DNA of 59,759 nt, filler included, from Platydemus manokwari (lineage: Eukaryota), in the NCBI GenBank assembly GCA_037951405.1. It is 5 parts of 5 records of this genome, joined end to end, with 100 filler letters (N's around TTAATTAATTAA, not from the genome) between each part and the next. Parts side by side here need not be neighbours in the genome. Positions count along the whole stretch, not along the records: positions 28,476 to 41,153 come from JBBMOY010015570.1; 4 more parts are not named here. One strand, written 5' to 3'. The notes under the pieces were generated by a model. The model saw nothing but the letters and a program-made list of their open reading frames with translations. It searched no databases and was not told the DNA's origin. Of this stretch, positions 28,376-41,253 are shown one piece after another; position 1 is the first letter of the stretch; the number at the start of each line of letters is the position of its first letter. The position numbers and the translations under genes were made by a program.

Positions 28376-28475
28376 NNNNNNNNNNNNNNNNNNNNNNNNN
28401 NNNNNNNNNNNNNNNNNNNTTAATTAATTAANNNNNNNNNNNNNNNNNNNNNNNNNNNNNNNNNNNNNNNNNNNN
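28376..28475. other. assembly spacer N44-TTAATTAATTAA-N44
   Basis: Same artificial linker. Confidence 0.97.
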
Positions 28476-28786
28476 AATTATATTAAAAATAAATATATTG
28501 GTATTTATAAAATTATCTTGCCTTGAAAAAATTATTGTTAACCTCTCAATTTTTAAATTATTAAAATTATTAAAAGTAAAATTTAAATATTTTAAATTAA
28601 AACAAAAAATATAATATAAAAATGTGAGCATTTTATTGGAATTAAAAATAGAAGATAAATCAGATGGGAATAAATTTAAAATATTTGAAAATTGATGTAT
28701 TATAAAAATATTCTTTTTGTTCTATTGAAAACATGTTTTTTGATTTGAATATTAAAAACGAAGAAGTTTTAGCAGCTAACAATCAT

Positions 28787-28921
28787 ACAAGACGGGATCA
28801 GCACCCAAAAGTCAACCACAGAATAGAAAACAACCAAAAAGACTGACCGCTGAAAATCATGTAAGAGTCAAGAATAGAATATAAATTACCAACCAAACAA
28901 GACTGGACGTTGTCAAAATGG
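28787..28921 (+). repeat. dispersed repeat family C (LTR-like fragment), copy 1
   Basis: CAAG..GGGA.CAG...AAAAGTCAA..ACAGAAT...AAAAGACTG...TGAAAATCA...CCAAACAAGACTGG is shared with 32975-33185 (-) and 39376-39562 (+). Confidence 0.75.
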
Positions 28922-29534
28922 GCTCTATTTATAATATTCCTACAAACATTATTACATTGATTCATTTAAACAACTGCTCTAGAATATAATATAATTTTTA
29001 TTTTTGATCTAAGCAAATTATTAATGATTTTTTTACAATATTTCTAATTATATTTATGAAGAATTTTTTAATTATTTTTTAAAAGTTTATTTTTTACATA
29101 TAAAACATGAACAATGAAAAGAAAAAATTTATTGATAATAACATCACAATTCTCGAAAAATATTTTTTTAAATAATGATGTCCAGTTTCTATCTTCCATA
29201 TATTTTTATGAAGAGCAAATATCATATAAAAGATTTCAAGAAATATTCCCATTTTACTTTCAGCTGGACCTCATGTTGATTAAATCGAGAAAATAATCCA
29301 ATAAATATTCATCTGCCTACAATAATTTCATAAAAATGCAAAATTTCGTTGGGCTCTGCCAGTGATAGAAATTTTGACTATTGAAAGTTATCTCTTTCAT
29401 GATTTTGAAATCTACTATCTTTGGTTCCGATTTAGTTATAAATTAACGATCCAAGTTCAGACAAATTAAATTTTTTCAATGGATCAATATTCCAGATTTA
29501 AATCATCACGATCTTCAGTTTTAATTTCAATAAA

Positions 29535-31748
29535 TTATTTTCTACAACTTGAAAGACATTGATAAAATTTCCGAAAGAAATTCAGATATTTTATTTTTCG
29601 TATTTTTTTGATCGTTTCGTTGTTATTGCAGCAATTCATTTGATTGTAGGAATAACAATTGTTTGGTACACTATAGCAATTCATTGGTAAGCTACACAAA
29701 TTGCTTGGAATACAACAACAAACATTCGATATTATATCATTGCGATATGGAATATCACAATTAGTACGACAAGTTAATTTGTTCAATAACTCTCTGAGGT
29801 GTTGATTTTCGGTAAAAAGAGAATTGATTAACAAAGAGTTTCCCATAGATTTTTCAAATTCATAACCATCGTTGGATTCTCCAAAGAACTCTTTGGGTTT
29901 TTTAGTATCAATTTCTTTCTCTTTGATCATATCTGTCTCCTTAAGCTTTATTAAATTGGAAATTAATCTAGTCACGTAATGGCAGTATTTAACTGAATCA
30001 GAATCCGGTATTTCTGAAGAGTCAGAAGAAAAAGAACTATAATCTATGCTTTTACCTATTTTTTCATCCATTTTAATTTCTGATTTTTCGCTTTTTCGAA
30101 CTTTTGATACTGGATCTTGATCAAATTTAGTAAATTCCTGTGATTCTGTTTTAGAAACTCTCCCTTTAATTGATTTTCGAGAAGCTCCGCTAGTTCTTTT
30201 ACTTGGTCTCTGAGTAGATCTTTCTACTTTGCTCTCTACATTTGTAGTATCTTTAATCCTTGGAGTGGTTTTTTCAAATTTCTCAGATTCTTCGTCTTCA
30301 CCATCATCTGTTTCAGGTATTGGGACCTTTTTGGCAGGAGTGGTAACAATAATTTTTGATTTTTTCCTAACTTTTGTTACTGGAGGTTCCTGACTTGTTT
30401 CTTCACTACTAACTAGAGATTCTTCGGTGGTAGCATCCGTTTCTTCTTCTATACTAGATTTAGATTCAGTGATGCTACTTAAAATACTTTTTTTGCTATG
30501 GCCGATTTGTTCACTTTCTTCACTATTTTCCTTTAATTTCTTGAAGATATTTTTTCTTTTTGATTTTTCTTCTTTTTCAATGTCTTTTTTTTCCTTCTTT
30601 CGTCTTTTGTCTTTAAAATTTTTGTCTGAATCCGCCGTTTTTTCGGATTTAGTTTTATCTTTTTCATTAGTTTTTTTCCCGATATCTTGATCCTTTTTTC
30701 TATTTTTTTTGTCTTCACGACTTCCCATTTTTCCTTTTGAAGTTTCATCTTTTAATTTTTTCTTTTCAGTGGTAGACTCATCTTGCAATTTTTTACTTTT
30801 AGAAGCCCTTTCTGATTTTGATTTCTTATCCTTAAGTTGTTTAGGATCCTTGTCTGATTGAATCACCGGAATTTCAGACCTTTCTCTTGATTTTATGTCC
30901 TTAGAACTATCTTTTAGATCCTTTTTAGGCTTAGACTTAGAATCCTTTGAGACATTTTTAGATTGTTTTCCTGGATCGGTGGTTATATCAGATTTGGATT
31001 TTGGGTCTTTAGCGTTTTTTTCTGATTTAGGTTTAGGGCCTTTAGATGACTTTTCAGATTTAGTATTTTTGTCTTTAGATGATTTTATATCTGGTTTTTC
31101 AGCCTTTGTTTTTGTATCTTTAGAAGTTATTTTAGTGTCCTTCACTTCTTTAGACGACTTTTTAGTTTTTTCATCCTTGGAAGGTTTTTGTACATCTTTT
31201 TCTTTTTTATCTGTTGATTCTTTAGGTTGTTTTTTAGCTGATTTTTCAGATTTAGATTTTGGATTTGCTGGTGCTTTTGCATCTTTTCCTTTGGACTTTG
31301 TATCTTTAGATGTTACCTTTGAAGCTTTATCTGATTGAGGTTTTTTATCTTTTACGTCCTTTTCTTTTTTAGATGTCTTTTTAGCTTGTTTTTCAGATTT
31401 ATTTTTTACGTCATCAGGAGGTTTCGGTGCTTTAGTTGGTTTTGACTTTTCTGCTTTCGGCTTGTTGCCTTTATCTGGTTGTTTAGCTGGTGGTTTATCT
31501 GGTGGTTTAGCTGCTGGTTTAGCTGCTGGTTTAGCTGCTGGCTTAGCTGCTGGCTTAGCGGCTGGTTTAGCAGCTGGTTTAGCAGATGGTTTAGCTGGTG
31601 GTTTAGCTGATTTTGGCTGATTTTGAGTTTTTGGTTTCGCAGAACTTTGTTTTTGAGTTTTCTTTGCTGCTTCGACTTTTTTCGATGCCGCTGGCTTCGG
31701 TTTTTTGGCACCAGCTGATTTTACTTTAGGCTTTGGTTTTGGCCCCAT
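29535..31748 (-). CDS. 737-aa intronless lysine-rich low-complexity protein (PAAK repeats, K/S/D/E middle, Cys-rich tail), function unknown
   Basis: 2.2-kb stop-free ORF in very AT-rich DNA; ATG in AAAATGG context; the 12-nt PAAK units vary at synonymous positions. Confidence 0.85.
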   Translation of the reverse strand: MGPKPKPKVKSAGAKKPKPAASKKVEAAKKTQKQSSAKPKTQNQPKSAKPPAKPSAKPAAKPAAKPAAKPAAKPAAKPAAKPPDKPPAKQPDKGNKPKAEKSKPTKAPKPPDDVKNKSEKQAKKTSKKEKDVKDKKPQSDKASKVTSKDTKSKGKDAKAPANPKSKSEKSAKKQPKESTDKKEKDVQKPSKDEKTKKSSKEVKDTKITSKDTKTKAEKPDIKSSKDKNTKSEKSSKGPKPKSEKNAKDPKSKSDITTDPGKQSKNVSKDSKSKPKKDLKDSSKDIKSRERSEIPVIQSDKDPKQLKDKKSKSERASKSKKLQDESTTEKKKLKDETSKGKMGSREDKKNRKKDQDIGKKTNEKDKTKSEKTADSDKNFKDKRRKKEKKDIEKEEKSKRKNIFKKLKENSEESEQIGHSKKSILSSITESKSSIEEETDATTEESLVSSEETSQEPPVTKVRKKSKIIVTTPAKKVPIPETDDGEDEESEKFEKTTPRIKDTTNVESKVERSTQRPSKRTSGASRKSIKGRVSKTESQEFTKFDQDPVSKVRKSEKSEIKMDEKIGKSIDYSSFSSDSSEIPDSDSVKYCHYVTRLISNLIKLKETDMIKEKEIDTKKPKEFFGESNDGYEFEKSMGNSLLINSLFTENQHLRELLNKLTCRTNCDIPYRNDIISNVCCCIPSNLCSLPMNCYSVPNNCYSYNQMNCCNNNETIKKIRKIKYLNFFRKFYQCLSSCRK

Positions 31749-32422
31749 TTACTACATTTTGATGTTTTTTTTAATTAACTGTTTCAATGAACAGCATCTA
31801 AATAAATCAAAAAGTAGGATAGTATATTAAAACATTTTCATCTTTGTACATCCCACAAAATATTGTTTATGTTTCAATTTACGTATAATGTATATATTAA
31901 CATTTAGTAAATCGAATATTCATTGATTATTTAAAATGTATTTTTAATTAATCGAAACTGAATTGAAAATTTGAAAATAATTATTAAAATCCAAGTGATA
32001 TATCACTATAGTCTGTATATTTTTAAAATAAATTTTTAAGATAAAATTCAATTTCATATTTGAGATTACCAACAGTTTTGGTTTTGTGCTTTTTTCTAAC
32101 TTCATAACCCGTAATCAATGAAGAGATTTTTTGGATCAAACAAACTGTTAAAAAATATTAATTTTAACAATAATTTTTACTTTTTAACAGTTAATAAAAA
32201 TAAATAGATAAAAATCGTTTGATAATTTTAAATTTTTAAAAATGTGAGAAATAATTGATATAGTATTTTAGGTTATCATAATTGAAATGTTTATTATTAA
32301 TAACACAGAATTAAATATCTTTATTGATTTTGGAATTCATTACAAATATTTGATTGAAGAAAACGTAAAGCTGAAATATTGGTAAGCTTAAATGGATATT
32401 TCGAAATTTAGTCTTGTTAAAT

Positions 32423-32762
32423 GAAGATGTTGAGTAAAGACGAAATGTTGCAAAAATAAAACCCATTTTCCATGTTGGAACCCTTATTTTAACACTTTTG
32501 GCATTTTTATGCCTACACAACTAACCAATCACAGCTGACTTAGGTGGAAAAGTATAATTCGAAAAAAGGACATAGCCGCACAGTAACACGTACATAGGGA
32601 TTGAACAACTATTAAAAAATCAATAAACAAATATGAACTTAGGAAATAAAAGGTCAAAAAATGTCAAATCAAAACGTGATTCAAACGTGTTACAAAGATT
32701 GTACACAAAAATCAAGTATAAACACCGATGTAAAGATTCCGAACTACCATTTGGAAACCAAG
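32423..32762 (+). repeat. family B copy
   Basis: Homologous to ~5470-5810. Confidence 0.7.
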
Positions 32763-32974
32763 TAGTATTATATATATAAGAACATTAAGAGATATATACA
32801 AATATAAAATCGTTAAACAATTTCAAAGTATAATAGACATAAAGGTTAATAAGATTAAAAATGCAAAATCAAGGAATTAGAAAAATTATATTTGTGTTGG
32901 GTAGATCACAAAATCAACCGAAAGATTATATGAATCATGGAAATAATCTTACAAAATCAAACCAATGTACCAGT

Positions 32975-33185
32975 GAATTCAGCATGTAGAAAACGAAGAT
33001 CCATGACATCAAGCAGACACGCTCAAAAGGCCCATAAAAGAGGTTGAGTTCCATGAGTAGCTGCCAGTCTTGTTTGGTCGGTAATTTGTATATTAATCTT
33101 AAGTTTGCGTGATTTTCAACAACCAGTCTTTTTGGTTGTATTCTATTCTGTCTTTGACTTTTTGCTACTGGTCCCAACTTGTGTG
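32975..33185 (-). repeat. family C copy 2
   Basis: Inverted homologue of 28787-28921 and 39376-39562. Confidence 0.75.
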
Positions 33186-36100
33186 ATAAACTATCATTGA
33201 TTTGAAAAGAGGTTTAACTGTAATTATTGTGATTGAACTAATAACATTTTAGTTAACATAATTTTCAGGTTTAATTGTTGATTATCACCCCAACATTTGA
33301 AACAATTTATATATAAATTAATATTAATAAAACTCCCCCAAATTTAATGTGAGATAACAATAGAAAGCAAATGTTTATAATAAAATCTGAAATTATGAAC
33401 CAAAATAATGACCAATACAAAAACAATCGAACTATATGCTGAGTCTGAATCTAAGTGATTTTGAAAAGGTATTTACTTTCTATTACTCCCACCTTTAAAA
33501 TTGATTATAATTAACCTTGCGATAGTTCTTAATTTTCTTGAGAATATTCCCTGTTTCAACATTCTACATAAAAATATATTACTTTGAGTTTGAGATAATA
33601 GAGATCTCGTCTGAAATTAATAAAATTATAAAGTAGTTATTAATCAAAAATGTAAATTCGTTGAGTTTCGGTGTTTATTTATAATGCTGTTCCGAATTTT
33701 GATTAACATCAACCTTAGTTCTAATATAAATCTTATTGGTTAAAGCGATATTCAAAATTTCAACAGCGTGAATCTGGAGAAAAATATATTCAAGATGAGT
33801 TCAATGTAAATAAATCAGTCTCAGTAAACTATGAAAAAAATATTCATTTTAATAAATATAAGTTTAAACATATTATGCTTTTTCTCAATGCTTTAAAGGC
33901 TGCAAGAATATCTCGCCAACCGTAAAAATTATGGACAATTCTTTCTAATAATTTCCCCAAAATCGAAGGTCCTCTATTTTTTGATGAATTAGACTTCCTT
34001 GTCCTTGAATTTCTTTTTTCTTCGAATTGATTTAATTTGTCATAAGTTTTTTATATTCATTTTTATGAACGAAATCTTCTGCTTAGATGATCGTATTCAT
34101 GCCAATTTATAATACGAATTTTTCGGGATTTATTTAATTTCATTGATTGTTTATCTTTTATATAGAAATTGTTTATCGTATTTAAATGTATTTTTTACTT
34201 TATTAGTTACTTTTTCCAAATTTCAATTTTTACTTTGCTAGTCTAATTATGATTAATTTTAATTGAGTTGATCTTTTTCTATTATATTCTTTGTCATATT
34301 TTAATTCTTGTATTTCTCGCCATATTTAATTTTTATGTATTGTTTTATTTATATTTATTAATATTTATTTTATTAATATTTATTTGTTATATAATAATTA
34401 TAATTCCTTGTTTTCATATTCGCATTTTGTATTTTGCTCTTTAATTGAGTCCCAAATTGATGGCTTCTGTTTATCTTTTTTCCAAAGGATTTTCTAACGT
34501 CCTTAAGGTCCGGTTGGTCTCACCTTGTACCAGCCTTGTTCATGTATTTTACTTCCTCGTTTAAGGATATTCGATATTTTTGTGAGTGTGGAAATGACTC
34601 TAGTTCTTGCTTCTGTCTTTTCTGTTTTCTAGCCTCCATCGATTCGGCTGGCTCACTTCTTCTCTATATTGGACCACTATCTAAAAAAATTAACCATTAA
34701 AAATAAATAAATAAAAATAAATCAAATAATAAATGAATAAATAAAAATAATAAATAAATAATAAATAAGTCACCAAATTTAGTGTTAAGCTGAGGAAAAT
34801 TTTTTAAAAAAAAATTATTTTTATAAGCTTTTTATTATCAACATACCCTCAATAGCTGTCTCTAGGAAAAATAAATTATAAATTAATAAAATATTAAAAA
34901 CAATAATAATTTAAATAATTGATTAAACTATTGGCCAATACGAAAGTAGTATAAATAGTGAACCAATCCAGTTAGAAAATCAGTCTAAAATAGCGCACCA
35001 ACGAAAATTTAATAAATTAGTTAAAGTTTTAAAAGTGATTTTAAATCAAATCTTGAGAAAAAATTAAAGTGAATGAAGAGAGTTAATGCCATTGAAAAGT
35101 TGATTTTAGCAAGTAAAGAAAATTGGAAAAATTAGTAAAGTTTGACGAAATTGTTGCAGACATTTTGAGAATTAATAGAAATTAAAGTATTAATTGAATC
35201 CAGAGAAATAATAAAACGCTCTATATTATGTCTATTATTTTTATATTACAAAATCTATGTTAAATAGCTGAAATCCAATTAGGGCCAATTGTTGAGTGCA
35301 ATGTGTGTTGAAAATAAATAAATATTTTGTGAATAATTCTTCAGTATTTATATAACATAGAGCCATAGTGTTGCACAGATAGGACCAAATTGTCTGCCAA
35401 CAAATTCATCTTATGCTTTAATTGTCAACAGAGTGAATCGTCACAGATAACAAATGCCAGCAGGATGTGGTAGTCATTCTGATGACAATCACTGTGAAAA
35501 TTTGGTGAAAAAATTGTAAAATCGATGAGAATAAACTTTGATAAATTGTTGAAAGGAAGATCAATCACGATCATTGTCAATAGATTATTGTTAAAAATAT
35601 ACAGTAATTTTCTGATGTTAATAATTTGCATTGTGTGTGTTTTAAATTATGCCCTTATTTGTGAATAATGAATAAAATTTATCGTGTTTTCTGACATTGT
35701 TCTATCTGTTAATATGAAAAAAATAATATATTATAATACATGTTAATACTTGAAAACAATGATTAACTGTAGTAGTCAAGGTAATTGTGAACAGAAGTAG
35801 TTTAATCAGCATCACAAACTGTTTATTTAACATCATAATAAAACAATTTTTCACATCAAATGGTTTGTACACCTACCATAATTCGACAACCTCTTTTAAA
35901 ATGCTTCCCGGTCTCATTTTGGGTCGCGACCCCGGGGTTTGGAGCTAATGGATTATGTAGATATTGATTATTTCTATTTATGATTCAGCATTGGTATTAT
36001 TATGTTGAAACGAAATATTAAAAATCGTACTCCAAATGAAAACAAAAAATTAATGCTTTCCGCAAATCATCACTTTCCGGTACAAAATTAGACATTTTCA

Positions 36101-36829
36101 ACACAATGTAAAAATATGATGTGGTTATTATATAATGTAAGGTTATTGATAAGATTATTGATTATGTCATTCCAACCAAACAGAATAAAAATTAAGGCTT
36201 GTTCACAACAAATCTTCCCTACCAACATATTTGTATCTTAACGCTCATTTCATACCGGTACACCTGATATATATATCTCGAAACAACAAAAAATTTTAAT
36301 GCAAAAGAAACTTAGCATACCACTTCTTAATATTACTTGAAATTGTCGTGGTATATTTGTATATTCTATTTATTTCTCGTCAATTATTTAACAAACGATA
36401 TGTAAAATTGTGAGTATTTTAATGAATAATTATGATGAATGAATTTCTCTTGGTTTCGAGTTTCTGAAATCTTTAATTCTCGGATTCATTAACTTTTGAT
36501 TTTGGAATGTATGGGATTATGGGATTAGAGAAAATTTGAAATGAACGAAATGTTCAATTTTAAAAATTTTGGCTGATTGGGAATGTGAGACGGATTGATT
36601 TCTGGAGTGTGACATCGAGTTGCAATATTGTTACTACTCTTGATATCAACTCATGGGAAGCCCTTGCATACCCAATAAGATCTTTTCAAGAATAAATTTT
36701 AATATAACAAAATTTAGAAGAACATCATGAAGACTCATTAAAATCAGTCTTTTGATTTTTTTAAATGTTTTTTCCTTAATGGAATTATGACAGAACTATA
36801 TAAAAGATAATGAAAGCGCAATCTCATTG

Positions 36830-37275
36830 ATTATCCTTTGATTAAACATATTGTTTCTATTGGACTTGTTGGTTTTCGTATACTCGAGTTTGGTCAATCC
36901 TTATGTGTGTGTTACTGTGAGGCTATGTTCCTTTTCGAATTATCATTTTCAATTTACGTCGGCTGTGATCGGTTGGTTCCCATACCTGTATGGTTGTGAA
37001 GGCATGTATATGCTTAAAGTGCTAAAATAAGAATTCCAATGTGCAAAATCGTTTTTTTATTTTTCAGGGTTTCGTCTTTAGTCAACAACTATGTGTGTGT
37101 TACTCTGCGGCTATGTGCCTTTTTCAAATTATAATCTTCCATTTAAGTCAGCGGTGATTGGTTAATTACTATGTCTGTATGGCTGAGTAGTCATGCAATT
37201 TCTTAAAGCGCTAAAATAAAGATTCCAAAGTGCAAAATCGTTTTTCTTTTCCAAGATTTCATCTCTACTCAACAA
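36830..37275 (-). repeat. two tandem partial family B copies
   Basis: TATGTGTGTGTTACT.TG.GGCTATG...GCTAAAATAA..ATTCCAA.GTGCAAAATCGTTTT occurs twice (~36902 and ~37090); reverse complement of family B. Confidence 0.75.
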
Positions 37276-37462
37276 ATATATTTTTTATGAATTATAAAAA
37301 ATTATCATCGATTTTTCATCGATTATTTCTTCATTATATTTAATTATTGAATATTATTTAATTATAAAATAATTATTAATTAATAAATAATTTAATCAAT
37401 AAAAATATTAAATTTCAAAATTCAATTAAAATAAAAAATTAAATAATAAATAAATAACTAAC

Positions 37463-37813
37463 GCAGATTTTATCTTTTTTTATCGATTTCACTGGGTACA
37501 CTTTATGACCATTGGGTTCGACAATTGTCACACTCTTTTTCAATCCAGCATGATTATCATTAAATAAACCGTAAAAGAATGAATCATTTTTCTTGATTTC
37601 ATTAGTGTTATTAATTCCGACTTGATGGAGATTTTCACAGGAATTGAAAGCATTATCTGTTGAATGGGCGCTGTCCAATGAATTGAGTTCCCCTGTTGTT
37701 TCGGACAATGAAGATTTTCGAACTTTGACTTCGGGCTTGGGAATTTCTTTGGGTGTGGATTTAACTCGACAAATTAATCCATGACGATCAGCGAAAATGA
37801 ATTTGTTTTGAGC
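37463..37813 (-). CDS. internal phase-0/0 exon (117 codons) of an unidentified gene
   Basis: Acceptor TTTCATATAAG| and donor |GTTAGT bracket an open frame AQNKFIFADRHGLICRVKSTPKEIPKPEVKVRKSSLSETTG...KKDKIC. Confidence 0.6.
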
Positions 37814-39375
37814 CTTATATGAAATAAAATCTTAACTATTACATCATAACATTGGCAATATAAAAATGTGTTTTATAAAGATTTATTAATAAATAGCTTA
37901 ATAAAGATGTCAATCTGACAAGAAATAAATAAATATCCAGAATTTAAATTTAATTAGAATTTTCATTGTTAAACCATATATTAATTAATTAAATTTACTG
38001 TAGATAAACAAATGGAAACGTTTGTACAATTGTTCAAGGTCAATTCTGATAAATGTAAATATATAAAAATAGAATATTTTATTTTATCAACCGATATATT
38101 TTATTATTTAGAAATTTTATTTCAATGAATAATTTTAAAGTAAATAAGTTAAACTTTATACTCCATTTAACAAAGTCTTTTATTTAAAATACTTTTAATA
38201 ATAAAAGTAAAGCACTAAATAATATTGAGAGTAGAATTGTCATTAAATCAATGAAAGGGCGAAATCTGATTTTTTTTTAAAGTGACCGTTAGTTAAGACC
38301 TAGACTGACACATAATATGCTTCTGAATCTTCTAGGATCTTCTAGGAACCTTAACATTTAGCCTATTTCGTATTCCATCAAAATTAGGGTCTTTGTTAAT
38401 CAGCACGCTTAATGAGCGGCAGATAAACAGTCAATTCAATTTGACTCACAAATGCTATTTATGTACAAAAATTATTAAAGTTTATCCTACCGATATCGTG
38501 AGTACCAAAAGCATTCAGTTTTAAAAGATTTTAAGATATTATCATATTTACTCTACTAATAAACTGAAAATATCTTCCAACTATAGTAAAATATTAATCA
38601 ATTGCATTACTCGAAGTGAATTACTTTCTGAGTGGAACCAATACTGAATAAATCCTTGTTAGTCAAAAGCTTGTTATCCAAAATCTATTTCAATAAATTA
38701 AATCGTTTGCTGAATTTCTCTTCCATGCAATAACAGTTTGCGGTATTTCTCTGGAATTATTTTTGTGTCGTTCTGTTCTTAACGCCTGTTTATATACTCT
38801 TTATGTGATATATTTCATCTAATTTATGTTATTTCAGATAAAAATGTTGCAAATAAATGTTTAAAATTTTATTTTTTTTAGATTTTTATAAGATTTCATC
38901 GACGCAGAAAAACGAAATTTTTTGCCGCCCCATATATAACTTTCATATGAATTTTATAATTCAGACAAACTTGAATATAAAATTATGTTATTAATCAAAA
39001 TGACCAATATATTGATGAAAAGTTATATTCACCATGGATTATGAAAAATGATGAATTAAAAAGTAAAGAGATTTTACATTAATAAAGATCTAATATTTCT
39101 ACTTTCCACTTGTCTATATGCGCACTTCATATGATTTATTTTTGATTTAATCTCTAACTTTCAGCCCCTTTCTATTTCTTCCATACCTCGTTTTGGGTCC
39201 TAGGACTCTTTCTCAACAAAACATTTAATTACCGTATTTCTCTTTTCTTCATTTAGAGTGTTGGATTATCAAACAACAATTTAAATATAAAAATATGTTT
39301 TATATAAAATAATGCACTCAAAGTCTCAATAATAACAATAACGAATCTCTACGCAATTGACAAAGAAAATTATTC

Positions 39376-39562
39376 AAGATGGGATCAGTGCCCGAAAGTC
39401 AAAAACAGAATGAAGAGAAATCGAAAAGACTGATTACTGAAATCACACATAAGCTAAGCACTAAAGTTATTGACCAAAAAAAACTGGCAAGAATCAATGG
39501 AACTTAACCTCTTTTATGGACCCATCGGGTGTGTCTGCTTGATGTCGCGGATCTTCGTTTTT
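39376..39562 (+). repeat. family C copy 3
   Basis: Shares ATGGAACT.AACCTCTTTTATGG...GTGTCTGCTTGATGTC..GGATCTTCGTTTT with copy 2. Confidence 0.75.
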
Positions 39563-41153
39563 TTGTTTGTTGATTTTGAATTTGCTTGTGGATAGATTTA
39601 CTTGAAATTTTTCCTCACATCAAGTTGAATGATCAAATTGTAGATATGAGATAGTTGAATTCATTTTCCACTTGTCTTTTAATCGGCCTATGACAATTCA
39701 CATCCTCAAAAAATATTGTTAAAATGTTAACATACTCTAATTGTTCAAAAACAGAGTTGTTCAGAGGAATATTTGACCAAGTTTCGCTAAGAATGTTGTT
39801 CTATGCAAATTGAAAATAAGCAAATTAGCTGAGAAAGAGACTCTGGTAAATCCCTTATGAATGTTAATATTTTTTTGAATAAAATATCTCTTCTGATACC
39901 CATAAATCTTTTCTCTTAGTAAATACCAAACGTTCAAATTTTTATTTTATATTTTACTTAAAATTTTCGAAATTATTAATTTTTTTATTGACAACCACGT
40001 GTCTTGTTGAATAATTGTTGTTAAAGGATGCTTAATGAAAAGGTCGATAGATATGAGTTTTAGACTCTCTAGCTGATTTATAAAATACAAATATGAAGAT
40101 ATCTGTTTGTACTATATTCAGGTCAAAATTTGAAGTGATCCTAAAGACAAGATATAATCTTCATTGTCTTTCAATTTCAGCAATTTGTCATGATATTTTA
40201 TACATAGGTGTATTAAAATATGTCGTTGGGTTGTGTGTAATTCTTCTGGTTTCAGAAGGACTTCAGTGGCAATTATTGAGGACTGTTCTATTTGAAATGT
40301 TATCCAAAGGATTTTTATTAAAATTTAGTGTCGTGAACTACATGCAAAATGTATATATTGTTAGAATATTAATTGACTCTGAATACTGAAAATTATAATA
40401 TATAAATCACAGTGGATTACAAAACACGATTCTTCACCAAACATATTTAAAATCACACCTAAATCACTGACAGATAAGCATGACAAGTTTATAGTTACTG
40501 TAACAATTCACATAAGTCCAATGATAAAATTTATTTTGCAGAGTTTGTTAGTGAATAATATAATAGTATTGATATATCGGTTCAAGCTGTGAGGATAAAT
40601 GTGAATAAATAATCTATTTACGGTGATATATATCTGTTCTTTCCTTTCAGTATATGAATCATCACCTGGTTAAATTGAAAATCTTATTTATCGTACGTCA
40701 ATCTCCAACAATTGTTCCTGAAGGACTGTTATGTTATATCTGCTAGTATGATTATCTGAATACCAGTTAATTATTTATTACGAGATATTATTAGAATTAC
40801 TAAATACAATTCTCATTATATTAATTTTATAAATTAATACTTAAATTTGTTAACTTTTTATGTATTGCTAAAATGTTATTTAATATTATATGTAAAATGT
40901 CTTGACTTGATCCACAAAAATATTATGTTTCGTGAACAGTGCTTATTTTAATAATTCGACGTGCCTTTATTCATTAATTGCATTTAGAGAAACACGTGGT
41001 GTTTATTATTTTATTATTTATTTTAGAACCTTTTATTTAAGACGATTGATTAATGATTTAATTATTAGGAAGCACTATAGTTAAAACGGCATGTTCGACT
41101 TAGTCATTGACACTAAGAACTTTGTAATAAAGACATTCTTTAAAATTTTTAAA

Positions 41154-41253
41154 NNNNNNNNNNNNNNNNNNNNNNNNNNNNNNNNNNNNNNNNNNNNTTA
41201 ATTAATTAANNNNNNNNNNNNNNNNNNNNNNNNNNNNNNNNNNNNNNNNNNNN
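41154..41253. other. assembly spacer N44-TTAATTAATTAA-N44
   Basis: Same artificial linker. Confidence 0.97.

Noticed and set aside
30427-31711. ORFs 30427-30690, 30533-30748, 30895-31338, 31406-31711
   Set aside because: Antisense or alternative-frame shadows of the repetitive 737-aa ORF.
29535-31748. Naming the protein histone H1 or cylicin
   Set aside because: No globular H1 domain or diagnostic conserved domain is visible; the similarity is compositional only.
32311-33177. ORFs 32311-32520 and 32935-33177
   Set aside because: They overlap non-coding repeat families B and C; I saw no recognisable protein motif.
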